A DNA stretch of 64,000 nt from Methanobacteriota archaeon (GCA_963720465.1 OY970393.1:672001-736000); one strand, 5' to 3'. Positions 13,936 through 24,322 are shown, counted from the first letter of the stretch. Numbers and translations: made by a program. The notes: generated from the letters alone by a model not told the origin.

Positions 13936-14228
13936 ACTCTAGCCAGGCACGTTTCTGTACCTACCACCACGTTCTGCGCTTAAATATATATCTTCTCGAC
14001 GGCGCAGAACCAAGCACATGGATGCGAGAATCAGCACGACAACGCAGGGCGGTCATCTCGTCGAACTATCTGAAAAATAAGACGTTGCTCGAAGCGCAAG
14101 AACGTCCAAATCCTCAAAGCTTCTTGGAACGTGGTCATCTTGGAATCTTTAAAACCAACCCACATCAGCATGAGTCGCAAAACCTCTCCAATGGTTATTA
14201 AATACCAACGATTCATATTTTAGTTCAA

Positions 14229-15108
14229 ATGAGCGATAAAATCAGGTTTGTAATACCTAAGGGGAGCTTGGAAGAGCAAACAATCAAGTTCTTGAAGCTA
14301 GCAGATTTAGAAGTCATTCGAAGAAGCCAGAGGGATTATAGCCCAACAATCAAAGATTTCAGAATCAGGTACTGTAAAAGTACTGAGACCTCAAGAAATC
14401 CCCCAATACGTTGCAGCCGGGTACTTTGACCTTGGCATAACGGGACTCGATTGGGTGCGCGAGACCGAAAGTGAGGTCCGAATCATCGCTGAGCTGCCCT
14501 ACAGCAAGACCGGATCGGATAAGGTCAAGATAGTACTCGCAGTCCACGAACGATCAGCAATAAAATCGCCTCTTGATTTAAAGCCAAGCAGCAGGATTTC
14601 GACAGAATATCCGAATCTAGCAAAGCAGTATTTTGAGCAGATAGGGGTCCCCGTTGACATATTTTTGTCATACGGCGCCACCGAAGCTAAGGTCCCAGAT
14701 ATCATGGACGGCATAGTCGAGCTAACCGAAACCGGGGAGACCCTCAAAAGAGGCGGCCTCAAGGAGATCGACGTCATTCTTGAGTCGTCGACCGTGCTGA
14801 TTGCCAACGAGGGAAGCTACGTAGCTAAGCGACGCTCAATAGACGACATTAAAACGCTTATATTGGGCGCCATAGACGCCCAAAACAGGGCTCTAGTCAA
14901 GATGAACGTGCCTGAAAAGAAGCTTGAAGAGATTATAGCAATCTTGCCTACAATGAAAGCCCCCAGCGTCGCGAAGTTATATAACACGGACTACTACGCG
15001 GTAGAATCAGTAGTATCCAAAGAGCAAATCAATGAGCTGATTCCCAAGCTGAAGCAGCACGGAGCGGAAGATATTTTAGAGTTGTCCATCAGCAAGATCG
15101 TAGACTAG
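14229..15108 (+). pseudogene. hisG: ATP phosphoribosyltransferase (long form), frameshifted near 14367
   Basis: N-part IPKGSLEEQT in ORF 14229; another frame continues VKVLRPQEIPQYV...DLGITGLDWV into ORF 14455 (STEYP, GATEAK, ETGETL, C-terminal regulatory domain). Confidence 0.9.
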
Positions 15109-15127
15109 CTGGCTCTATCCAACGAAG

Positions 15128-15973
15128 ATGAACAAGACAACAATTGCGCCCCGGATACAGGTGCGCGCTTGCGCAGTGCTAGTGCTCGTCGCATTAACCC
15201 TGACCGCGAGCTTAGCTGGCTGCGTGACTGAACAGCCAAACAACGGGAGCGCGTCGACAATCAATCCGGTCAACGTCACGCATACCTATTATTACACTTA
15301 CAACGGCACGTCGTATCTCACAGGTATCATCAAAAACGTAGGAACACAGAACCTCGTGGACATAAGCCTTCAAGCTGAAGGATACGCGAACAACACAACG
15401 TACGAGCGAGGCTACGCAAGTCCGGAAACAGGAGTAAATTCAACCGTTCTCCCCGGGGGGACCGCACCGTTTATGATCAAAATGTTGCCAGTGTCGTCTG
15501 GCGGTGCTAGCTCCACCCCCCTTAATCAAACACAAGTTGCATTAGCAAACTTGAAAACAGGAACCTCTGGGCGAAATAGCACCTCGAATAATTCAAAAAC
15601 TCAAACTAGCGCGCAACAAGCCAAAAAATACAATTTACTCTACAGGATACTGCCGCCCGACTATAAGCTCTCTAACGAAAACCCGTATCCGCTGGCGATC
15701 GCGGACTACAAAACGTACGTCCTTAACAAGACAATTAGCGGCGTCAGCGGAGAGGTTTATAACGGGGGAACCGTGAACGTCAACTCCTCGGTTGTAGCGG
15801 TCGCACTCTATGGAAAAGATGGAGATGTTCTAGGTGTTTTTGTTGGCAATACCCAAGGAGAGTTCGCTCCAAAAAAGACGACGGTATTTCAAATCAATAT
15901 ACCGCGCAGTTTTTCAATTTCGTTAGCAGAAGTAGCTAGAACCCAAGTATATGCGTACGAGTTCACTAGTTGA
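15128..15973 (+). CDS. Secreted lipoprotein with FxLYD-like Ig domains
   Basis: Signal peptide with lipobox LAGC; two repeats G.I.N.G...V.A.LY..G; many NxS/T sites. Confidence 0.7.
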   Translation: MNKTTIAPRIQVRACAVLVLVALTLTASLAGCVTEQPNNGSASTINPVNVTHTYYYTYNGTSYLTGIIKNVGTQNLVDISLQAEGYANNTTYERGYASPETGVNSTVLPGGTAPFMIKMLPVSSGGASSTPLNQTQVALANLKTGTSGRNSTSNNSKTQTSAQQAKKYNLLYRILPPDYKLSNENPYPLAIADYKTYVLNKTISGVSGEVYNGGTVNVNSSVVAVALYGKDGDVLGVFVGNTQGEFAPKKTTVFQINIPRSFSISLAEVARTQVYAYEFTS

Positions 15974-15976
15974 CGC

Positions 15977-16321
15977 TCATATCTGGCTAACGAGAACCGC
16001 ATCGTCGACGACCTCGATTCTTAGTTCTCCCTCGTAACGTTCCGTCTTAAAAACCGACTCGCACACACGAATGGGCAAAAAGACTTCTATATTGTCTTCA
16101 TCCATCGTATAAGTTCCGACAACGCCTCCACGGGTTGCTTGTTCTGCTCCTGTAGTTTCGACCAGCTTTATCGTTTCTTCTTTGATGCTGGTAGAAACGC
16201 TCCCGGATGATTTGTTTAGTGGAAATGCGCGCCCTATGCAAAACGTCTCTATGCATTTTGCAGGAATTACTATAGTTGTAGAACCTTTGTCACAGCGATA
16301 GCGCACTTTACCCATCAACAT
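15977..16321 (-). CDS. Hypothetical protein
   Basis: 114-aa ORF with plausible composition. Confidence 0.55.
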   Translation of the reverse strand: MLMGKVRYRCDKGSTTIVIPAKCIETFCIGRAFPLNKSSGSVSTSIKEETIKLVETTGAEQATRGGVVGTYTMDEDNIEVFLPIRVCESVFKTERYEGELRIEVVDDAVLVSQI

Positions 16322-16461
16322 AATGCCTTATGCGACCCCACACGATGACAATACTGCGCTCACATATTTATAGCAATCTCAATGAAAGACAACCAAATGC
16401 GAAAGAATTGAGCCCAAAGTAGGCCCCGACGGGAGCGCCTTCGAATCGGTTGCACCCATCA

Positions 16462-16884
16462 CTAACTAATACGTAAATCCTTGTCAAAGAAGTGAAGTTC
16501 GAATTTTGGGCCAAGTTTCTTACGCGCATCTTCTGTTTTGTGTCTCGTTTTTTCCGGCAAGATCAAAACGATTCGGTCAATGTCCAAGCTCTTCAGCTGA
16601 AGCCATTTCGCAATGAGCTCATCCGTTATCTCCGCCTCGACCTCTACTTCCGAAATTAGAGTGGGTGTATCGCTTGCTAGGAATGGTTTGACACTATAAA
16701 CGTCGTAGGCGAGGAGATCTGGGTACACGTCGTCGATGCTAGCTACGTTTTTGCCCGTTATATTCATGACAACTTTGTATTTTTTAAATATGGTCTCGCC
16801 CGCGTTTTTAACAACTTCGTCGTGAAGGGTCTCTGCTTTCGAAGCGCTCGACTCAGACATGCTTGCCATATTAAGCTCTGTCAC
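16462..16884 (-). CDS. Hypothetical protein, possible restriction-endonuclease-like fold
   Basis: YPDLL...LISEVEVE pattern. Confidence 0.55.
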   Translation of the reverse strand: MTELNMASMSESSASKAETLHDEVVKNAGETIFKKYKVVMNITGKNVASIDDVYPDLLAYDVYSVKPFLASDTPTLISEVEVEAEITDELIAKWLQLKSLDIDRIVLILPEKTRHKTEDARKKLGPKFELHFFDKDLRIS

Positions 16885-17113
16885 TACATACGTTTTTTGG
16901 CATTATTCTCCTTCAAATTCTCCTAATGAAGGCCACCTAATTTTCTCTTTCTCGCTTGACCGACCCGGCAAAGAATGTGCGATGCGCACGTCTCGGCCTA
17001 GCAATTTTCTATCGCGTTTTTTTCATCTAGGATAGCGTAACAAAAAAATTTCACTACATAGGTATTTATCGAAAACTTCGAGAGTTCACTGTGTTCTTCG
17101 CAGAGGTGTCCAA

Positions 17114-17563
17114 ATGCGCATAGACGAAATGAATAAAAAAATACTGTATCTCTTGCAGCAAGATGGAAGGATGACATACAAAGACATCGCCAAAGCGATA
17201 AACAGGTCAGAATCAACAGTACGCGACAGGATATCTATAATGGAAGATGAAGGCGTAATAAAGGGATATTCAGCAATTGTTGACCGAGGAAAAGTAGGAT
17301 TGCATTGTTGTGCCCGCCTCTTTGCAAAGGCCCACTTGGAAGAGCTCGACTCTTTGTCGAAGAAACTAGCAGAATTCGAGAACATTTTTCAAATAGACCA
17401 CGTGAGCGGCGACCACAATTTGCGGTTCACTGTTGCGGCTCACGACTACTCTCAGCTTAAAAGTGTGATCAACACCCAGATAGCAAATCTCCCCCTTGAG
17501 ATAATTCAGATAGATATTATAATGAAATCGCTCAAAGAAGGGGGGCCTCTCAAACTCCAGTAA
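17114..17563 (+). CDS. Lrp/AsnC family transcriptional regulator
   Basis: IDEMNKKILYLLQQDGRMTYKDIAK...VRDRI...EGVIKGY HTH; SD GAGGTG. Confidence 0.93.
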   Translation: MRIDEMNKKILYLLQQDGRMTYKDIAKAINRSESTVRDRISIMEDEGVIKGYSAIVDRGKVGLHCCARLFAKAHLEELDSLSKKLAEFENIFQIDHVSGDHNLRFTVAAHDYSQLKSVINTQIANLPLEIIQIDIIMKSLKEGGPLKLQ

Positions 17564-17682
17564 GAGTGTCGCTCACTCTACTTGCAACGTCGTAGAGGCA
17601 CCGCGCAACTTTTTTTTCTGATGTGGCCCACTAAGGCCTAGCGTGGCAGTATGAATGTATTGCGTTAGACGGAGCTAACCAC

Positions 17683-18513
17683 GTGAAGAAGCACAAGTAC
17701 AAATTGCCAAGAGGCATGCGATACTCCTCACTGGTCGAAAGAGCCCAATTTTACTGCAACGAGTTCGATGCGAAAGCGCTACGTCATTGGCAGCCTTTCC
17801 AAAAAAACACAGTAATCTCGTTCTTGGTTGGCAAGTATACTCAAATCTACCTTAAACAATTTGAGGACATTAGAGACGACGTAGTCGTGATTGATGATTA
17901 CTGCAACCTTCGAGGTATGCGAGAGTACCTCTTGAAATATCTTCCCGAGGGGGTCTACTATGACACGAATCACTATGAAGATCTGGACATATGTAGAGGC
18001 TGCCCAGACTGCTACAATGCCGACAAGTGTCTTCCTTGCAAGCATTACGTCGGACAAGAACTCGTTTTTGATTTGGACCCCGAAAACGTATACTGTCCAG
18101 TCCACGGCGATCTAGATCAGAAGATGAAGGCGCATCAGGGCCGCATGCTGTGTTTAATAGAGTTCAGGATCTTGAGAAAGCAAACAATTTTGATGTATCG
18201 CGAGCTTAAACAAACGTATTCCAAACTGCGTATTGTCTATTCGGGGCGCGGCTTTCACATCCACGTGCTAGACCGTGACACTACATACTTAACGCGTGCA
18301 GAACGAAGTTCATTAGCAAACGCGTATGCCCAAAGGTTCCCAATTGACGAATGGGTCACTGCCGGGAACATCAAACTAATACGACTTCCCTATACTCTGC
18401 ACGGGATGATATCAAGAATCTGCGTCCCAATAGAGCCCAGTGAACTGGAGTTTTTTGACCCAGTCAACTACCAGCCAAGCATACCTCGTTTCTTGACGTT
18501 TGAACGAAACTGA
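17683..18513 (+). CDS. Archaeo-eukaryotic primase small-subunit (PriS-like) protein
   Basis: AEP motifs ELVFDLD (I), YSGRGFHIHV (II), IDEWVT and LIRLPYTLHG (III). Confidence 0.85.
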   Translation: MKKHKYKLPRGMRYSSLVERAQFYCNEFDAKALRHWQPFQKNTVISFLVGKYTQIYLKQFEDIRDDVVVIDDYCNLRGMREYLLKYLPEGVYYDTNHYEDLDICRGCPDCYNADKCLPCKHYVGQELVFDLDPENVYCPVHGDLDQKMKAHQGRMLCLIEFRILRKQTILMYRELKQTYSKLRIVYSGRGFHIHVLDRDTTYLTRAERSSLANAYAQRFPIDEWVTAGNIKLIRLPYTLHGMISRICVPIEPSELEFFDPVNYQPSIPRFLTFERN

Positions 18514-18549
18514 ATAGTCAGGCGACAGCGTATCTTAACAAGTCCAAAG

Positions 18550-18663
18550 TTACTTCTCCCCTTTCACTTCTTCGCCTTTATAATACTCCTTCTTCTTTTC
18601 CGTCTTGCCCTTAACTTCTTTGCCTTTATAGTATTCCTCTTTCTTTTCTTCTTTACCGTTCAT
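18550..18663 (-). CDS. Putative 37-aa charged peptide with tandem KEYYKGxEVKG repeat
   Basis: ATG at 18663; two diverged internal repeats. Confidence 0.35.
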   Translation of the reverse strand: MNGKEEKKEEYYKGKEVKGKTEKKKEYYKGEEVKGEK

Positions 18664-18940
18664 GGGTGCACCGAGTAAACTGACATTTTTCAAGGATAAA
18701 AAGATGACGTCCATTTTGCACCGTTTAGAATCGGAGGGCCTGCTAGAATGCCTGAAAAGCGCTTTCAGCACGTTCTTGGGCTCCCAAAACTGTGGGCTTG
18801 CGAACATCGTCTCATCCAAATCCCAAGAGAAGTGGTCGCTTACGATGCGACACAGAGAATCTGCTGCACTTTCGTGGCGTAGCTGCAAGCAGGCGCTGGA
18901 TGGATCCCCTCTAGCAAAAAAAGAGAATGTGCCAGGCTTA

Positions 18941-19810
18941 TCAGGCACTAGAAAGTTGCAGTTCAAAAGCTGACAGCGCTTGCCTGTAATTATTTTTCCA
19001 TTTTTTTACCTCTTTCTGATCTATGTTTGCGTTCTCTTTGGCTCTTAGACCTAATGCAAAAACGTTCCACACGTCTTCAACGATACGACGAATGTATCCT
19101 ATGTTAGGCCTGGACGCCAGTTCTGTTTGAATCATATCGATCGCACGCTCAAAGGAAGAAGATAATTCGTTGTATCTATCCTCAAAGTCCTCACCGACGA
19201 CACGAGCCAGCAACTTATAGAGACTCTCTAGGTCTCTTTCATCTGGGGCCTCCTTTCTTGCCACGTTCTGCAGTTGATTACGTATCGTGACTAGAGCCTT
19301 GTGCATTTGGCTCGGCGAGTATTCATAAATAACGTCAAGTTTCGTGTATCGCGCCAGGATATCAACGTTTAAAGTAAGCAAAATGGAGTCGCTGAATGAC
19401 GACTCGTAACCGTCGAATATCAATATCGTATCCTTCCATTCGTCAAACGAAGCTATAACTTGCTGAGTTTTTCTTATGCGCGTCACATTAAAGATTCGAG
19501 GGGCGCCGCGCCCATATACGACCGGCCCGGTCTTGTACCAATAATAAGGGAGAAGCAGTTCGAGTCTTCTTTTTTCGCAATCTTTGTGAATTTGAAACAG
19601 AATCCTGTAAAATCGCGATGGCGTCAGTGCGTAATGTGCCTCCTCGCGTTTTGGTGCTGCGCCTTCCAACTTCGCTAGTATCTGTGGAGGGACACACGGC
19701 GCATGTTGGAACTTGTCAATAGTGTGCAGCATGGTGTAAGCCAACAAGGGGTTCTTGCCGACCTCATGGACGTAGTCGAGCTCTCTCACGCCATTAATCT
19801 CTAGCGTCAT
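18941..19810 (-). CDS. Hypothetical protein (N-terminal Panacea/DUF4065-like motif)
   Basis: 289-aa ORF; RFYRILF...LPYYWYKTGPVV. Confidence 0.6.
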   Translation of the reverse strand: MTLEINGVRELDYVHEVGKNPLLAYTMLHTIDKFQHAPCVPPQILAKLEGAAPKREEAHYALTPSRFYRILFQIHKDCEKRRLELLLPYYWYKTGPVVYGRGAPRIFNVTRIRKTQQVIASFDEWKDTILIFDGYESSFSDSILLTLNVDILARYTKLDVIYEYSPSQMHKALVTIRNQLQNVARKEAPDERDLESLYKLLARVVGEDFEDRYNELSSSFERAIDMIQTELASRPNIGYIRRIVEDVWNVFALGLRAKENANIDQKEVKKWKNNYRQALSAFELQLSSA

Positions 19811-20281
19811 GTGCCAAAAAAGTCACTCTTTCCGAATAGGAAGTTGAGTACAAAAAAGTCGTACGGAGCTGCGCGAATCCTCTTGACCTCCTCTTGGTTG
19901 GGATGAAATACACCAATAAGATTGCACTCAAGACTTTAGAGGGAGGAATACGTCTCAATCAAATCTAATATTTGATCTCTCCGAGCAGTCCTCTTCACCA
20001 ATACCACGCTGCAGTCGGCGGGTAGGCACTGAAATCTACGAAGTGCGAAATAGCGCAGACACGAAACGCAGGACGCACGCTGAATCGGCTCTCTGATTTA
20101 TCTTTTAGACCTAAATGGCCAAGACAAAGCTGAATTGATTACGCAAAGGCAATTCGACGCGAGTTACACGAGCTGTTATTCAAGTGAAAAGAGGGTTCTT
20201 CTGCAATATCTGACGAACTGCGCGATACATTATTCTTGGCAGAATACGAGCAAGAACCCCTGAGGCCTGGAGTTTCGGTCG

Positions 20282-20410
20282 TTATTTACGGTCCATTTCG
20301 TAGATTTCTGACTCCTTTGGTAGTATTTCTGTTTGTTTTTTTCTCTTTCTTTCCATTCTCTTCTTCCACTCCTCAGGGGTCGGCTGCTCCTCAGGTTGTG
20401 TGTCATCCAT
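20282..20410 (-). CDS. Putative 42-aa small protein (MDDTQPEEQPTPEEWKKRMERKRKKQ...)
   Basis: Translated by hand; TATA-like GTTTATATC ~20-28 nt upstream. Confidence 0.4.
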   Translation of the reverse strand: MDDTQPEEQPTPEEWKKRMERKRKKQTEILPKESEIYEMDRK

Positions 20411-20566
20411 GATGAAAGGTCAGCGTTTCGATATAAACTGCTTGTCCTCCACAGGTGGAGCCGCAGAGGAGAATATCAGGCGCCACAGCTATTTTTAGCA
20501 TCGAAGCCTTTCTTCGGAAAGCTTAAAGTATTGCCTGCATTTTATTGTTGAACTCGGAGCCAAGCA

Positions 20567-20836
20567 ATGTCGCCAAACGTAAAAGAGAGTGATTCCGGAG
20601 ATGATTTACCGGACCAGGTCGCATCGCAGTTGCGGATGATTGAAGTATCGCACGACCTTACCATTACAAATCTGACAAGCATCGCTAGGATAATCATTTC
20701 AAACGTCAAAAACAAGAGCCAAGCACTGCAGGTCTGCACGGCAATCAATACGTGGATTGCTATTAACGGAATGCAAGGAAACGTAACCGTGCCCGAACCT
20801 TTGGTCAGAAGATATGTTAGAAGAGTAATGTCGTAG
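20567..20836 (+). CDS. Hypothetical protein
   Basis: 89-aa ORF with ATG start. Confidence 0.55.
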   Translation: MSPNVKESDSGDDLPDQVASQLRMIEVSHDLTITNLTSIARIIISNVKNKSQALQVCTAINTWIAINGMQGNVTVPEPLVRRYVRRVMS

Positions 20837-20955
20837 CGAATGTGGCCTCAAGAAAAACTCACATCATCACGTCGACCGACCTATAAACTCAAAGACGCAA
20901 ATTTCTTTGACTAGAGCGAATCCTGGATTACAGAATAACTGTTAACTACCGCACT

Positions 20956-21861
20956 ATGCTTAAGGTACTCTTTCTCGGTACGAGCGGCTCAATGCCAACG
21001 GTCGCTAGAAATCTTCCTTCTATACTGATAAAGCGCGATGGCGAAACCATCCTCTTTGACTGTGGCGAAGGGACGCAACGCCAGATGATGCGTTGCCGTA
21101 CGGGAATCCACCTGTCCTCTGTATTTATAAGTCACTGGCACGCTGATCATTTCCTCGGTTTACCAGGATTGATTCACACTATGTCCTTTCTGGGCCGGAG
21201 CGACAAGCTAAATGTATATGGGCCCCGGTGGGCGGGTATTCCATACTTGCTTGCACTTATTAATCCCCAGTTTCAGGTAGATTTTGTAGAAGTCTCGCCA
21301 GGAGATATGATAGAATTAGGCTCATTCTCTGTGCGCGCCTTCGCTGTTGATCACGGGATAGGCGCATGCGGTTACGTTTTTGAAGAACACGAACGGCCTG
21401 GCAAGTTTGACAGAAGAAAAGCAGAAGAGCTTGGATTGAAGCCTGGACCACTCTATAAGACTCTCCAAAACGGCGAATCAGTGCCTATCGGAGATCATCT
21501 CGTAATGCCAGAACACGTGATCGGACCAAAGCGTCCAGGGAGGAAAATCGTCTACACAGGAGATACACGTCCTTCTGATAAGGTTGTGCAAGCTGCAGAA
21601 AACGCCGACTTACTCATTCACGAAGCAACGCTAGCTGGAGACCTAGACGCATACGCAAATGCGGTCGGCCATTCGACGGCATCCGAAGCAGCTCAAATAG
21701 CGTGCAAAGCGGATGTGGTTAAGCTAATTTTAACTCACATAAGCTCCCGGTACTCAAATGCGGCGCCTTTGTTGGACGAGGCGCAACTCATCTTCCGCAA
21801 CACATGTGTTGCAGAAGATCTGCTTGAAATAGAGGTGCCCTACAGAGATCAACTCGACTGA
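20956..21861 (+). CDS. rnz: Ribonuclease Z
   Basis: FLGTSGSMPT, DCGEGTQRQ, HWHADH, exosite GLKPGP, YTGDT, HEAT, HST, THISSRY. Confidence 0.96.
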   Translation: MLKVLFLGTSGSMPTVARNLPSILIKRDGETILFDCGEGTQRQMMRCRTGIHLSSVFISHWHADHFLGLPGLIHTMSFLGRSDKLNVYGPRWAGIPYLLALINPQFQVDFVEVSPGDMIELGSFSVRAFAVDHGIGACGYVFEEHERPGKFDRRKAEELGLKPGPLYKTLQNGESVPIGDHLVMPEHVIGPKRPGRKIVYTGDTRPSDKVVQAAENADLLIHEATLAGDLDAYANAVGHSTASEAAQIACKADVVKLILTHISSRYSNAAPLLDEAQLIFRNTCVAEDLLEIEVPYRDQLD

Positions 21862-21889
21862 GAGACGATTGATGCAATTGGCGAATACC

Positions 21890-22630
21890 TCAAACGGTAA
21901 TCCGCTGTAAATACTTCAAGCTTCTAACACCTTCTTCGAGTGTCCTCAATTCCAAAACGAAAACACCCTTGTAAAGCCTCAGTCCACGCAATACGCGGCT
22001 CCAGTTGATGTTCCCTAAACCGAGGGCTAAGTGCTCATCGGTTTGACCGTTATTGTCGTGCAGATGAACGTGGTCCACAGGCATTCGCAAGAAGGAATCT
22101 ATTGCGTCAGTCGTGTTTGCGTGGCCAACGTCAAGGGTGAAGCCTAGGCCATCGACACGCATGTCTGCGATTTCACCAGGAAACCGACCGAGCAGAAATT
22201 CCACATTGACCATGTTTTCGACGGTCGCAGTGACGTCATGCTCTCTCGCACACTGCGTGAGCTGGGACAGTGCCTCATTATTCTTGCGCAACGCCCTATC
22301 CGGGCAGAACGCCGCAAGAGGCGATACATAACCGGGGTGGATCACAAAAACGCGTGCATAGTTTGCCACAGCCTCTATCGCCTCCTTGATCTGCCTAAGA
22401 GTTTCACCCCAAATAGGCTTATTGAGGCTCGCTATGTTCAAGTCAGAAAATGGAGCATGAACGCTAATCTCAAGGTCATACGAGAACCTGAGATACTCAA
22501 TCAGAGAGATCGTCTCGTCATCCAACTTCTGCGGCCCCTCGGCGATTACTTCCCAGCCTTGGAAGCCGACATCCTTAAGAACCTCGAGCTGCTCAAGATC
22601 AACTTGGGCAGACGAAAAATAGATCTTCAT
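21890..22630 (-). CDS. Sugar phosphate isomerase/epimerase (AP endonuclease 2 TIM barrel)
   Basis: SVHAPFSDLNIAS, VIHPG, ENM, DVGHA, HVHLHDN...DEHL. Confidence 0.88.
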   Translation of the reverse strand: MKIYFSSAQVDLEQLEVLKDVGFQGWEVIAEGPQKLDDETISLIEYLRFSYDLEISVHAPFSDLNIASLNKPIWGETLRQIKEAIEAVANYARVFVIHPGYVSPLAAFCPDRALRKNNEALSQLTQCAREHDVTATVENMVNVEFLLGRFPGEIADMRVDGLGFTLDVGHANTTDAIDSFLRMPVDHVHLHDNNGQTDEHLALGLGNINWSRVLRGLRLYKGVFVLELRTLEEGVRSLKYLQRITV

Positions 22631-23550
22631 TTGTTGCGCTCGTCGGTGATCTCTTCTATGACCTTGTCAGGCGAAGGCGCTACGACGCGGACGAAGATCG
22701 GGCCAAGCGGATCCTGCCAAAAGTTTACCTTTCCGACCAGCGCCGCTTGCTTGTTTAACGTGAACTCAAAAGAGTCGAATTTCACCCGTTTCATAAGCTC
22801 CACGTATGCCGCGGATCGAATTCGCTGCACTCGCAGAAGGCGGGTAAACGTCTCAAGCGTGTGACTGGTTCCCCTTATCAAGTTGTTGGAGCGCTCCAAT
22901 GCTGCGTCTGGAAATATGTTCCGGATGGCGCATTCGACTTTATCTTGGGCTTCTGTTTCGTGGATTGGCGTTTGCACGCTTATCTCGATACCAGACGCCG
23001 GGATAACCGAAGAGAGTCGTTCAATCACGTCAGCCACAGAAGACTTGAACTGTTCAAGGCTCCCCTCATTCGATATGCGACAGTCAGCCGCGCTCAATGC
23101 TTCTTCGAGGCCCCAAGCTAACTCACGTTGATCTTTTTCTTCAAAGCCTGGAAATTCGGATGTGTCATCGGGGCGGCTTCTGCTCTTAACCCTCTCAAAT
23201 CTAACCTCTGGGCTTGCAGCTACGGCGATGAGTTTAAAATTCGTGTTGAATTCTTTTCTGTAAGCATCCGCCTCTGCGACTCCTCTAAGACCATCTATCA
23301 CGACCTTTTGAGATGAGAGCGCGCGGACTCCGGGAATGCACATTTGGGCTATTGCATCCATCCCATATCGAGCACGCAGTTCGTTTGCGATTGCGCCGAC
23401 GTTTTGTTCACTTAACTCGATTCCGCGCTCGCGCATGTAGGATCGTACCGCATCACCCATAGCGACCACGATAAACCCATGGGCCTGTGCTACAGCCGTT
23501 GCTTCAGATTTGCCCGACCCAGGAAATCCTACAAACCCGATGATTAACAA
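22627..23550 (-). CDS. UPF0200 nucleotide-kinase-like P-loop domain fused to DUF54/UPF0201 domain
   Basis: GFPGSGKS, VIDGLR, RELAWG; C-terminal ETEAQDKVECAI...LNKQAA; start set at TTG 23550. Confidence 0.85.
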   Translation of the reverse strand: MLIIGFVGFPGSGKSEATAVAQAHGFIVVAMGDAVRSYMRERGIELSEQNVGAIANELRARYGMDAIAQMCIPGVRALSSQKVVIDGLRGVAEADAYRKEFNTNFKLIAVAASPEVRFERVKSRSRPDDTSEFPGFEEKDQRELAWGLEEALSAADCRISNEGSLEQFKSSVADVIERLSSVIPASGIEISVQTPIHETEAQDKVECAIRNIFPDAALERSNNLIRGTSHTLETFTRLLRVQRIRSAAYVELMKRVKFDSFEFTLNKQAALVGKVNFWQDPLGPIFVRVVAPSPDKVIEEITDERNK

Positions 23551-23578
23551 ATCGCCCTCTCGAGGAGCGAGCGGTAGC

Positions 23579-24322
23579 TCAACATATGTCCTCGTCGCCT
23601 TTCTCACGCGTTCGAATTCTAAGCGGGCGCCGACATTGAACTGCTAGTTCAACGATCTCGTCGCGCGTTAAGGTGGTCAGATCTCTTCGAAAGCACATTT
23701 CAGCTCTGCCCTGCTGAAGTGCGTAACGAACCCCAAACGAGTTGACCATCTCAGTGATTTCGTTTTGACTAAGCAGCCCTTTGAAAAGCGTGGTTCTCAC
23801 TTCAAAATCCAGAATTTTGTGTGCAGCTAAGGCTGCGCAGCCTATGCCAATTGCCCGCCTAATCTTCTCGACATATGCGTTCGCCTTTCCTATACCGATG
23901 ATTCGCGCATATTTTTCTGGATCGGAGAGAGGCGCTTTAAGATCGATAAAGAGTCCGTCGAGCAACTGAGCGTCGATCAGCGTATCCAAGACCTCTGGAA
24001 ATGTACCATTTGTCTCGATTCCTATCAGAAGGCCTTCTTTTTTTGCCTCTTCAGCTAACGACTGAAGTAAGTTCGGACGCAGCGTCGGTTCGCCGCCAGA
24101 AAAGACTAGTGCGCTTATATAATCTTTATTTCGCTGAATTTCACGTAGCAACCCGTCTACATTAATTGGCAGCACGGCGCCCCAAATCTTGTAGTTTTGG
24201 CAGTAACAACATTTGAAATTGCAGCCACGAAGAAATACTACCATTGAGGCTTTTCCAGGCCAATCAATAGTCGAGAACGGCACTACTATGGACTTATCGA
24301 AATTATCAAGGTTCAGTTGCAC
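23579..24322 (-). CDS. nrdG: Anaerobic ribonucleotide reductase activating enzyme (radical SAM)
   Basis: STIDWPG, FLRGCNFKCCYCQN (CxxxCxxC), SGGEPT, ETNGT. Confidence 0.85.
   Translation of the reverse strand: MQLNLDNFDKSIVVPFSTIDWPGKASMVVFLRGCNFKCCYCQNYKIWGAVLPINVDGLLREIQRNKDYISALVFSGGEPTLRPNLLQSLAEEAKKEGLLIGIETNGTFPEVLDTLIDAQLLDGLFIDLKAPLSDPEKYARIIGIGKANAYVEKIRRAIGIGCAALAAHKILDFEVRTTLFKGLLSQNEITEMVNSFGVRYALQQGRAEMCFRRDLTTLTRDEIVELAVQCRRPLRIRTREKGDEDIC

Noticed and set aside
16415-16460. TTCGAATC T-loop-like sequence
   Set aside because: No convincing T-stem, anticodon arm or acceptor stem.
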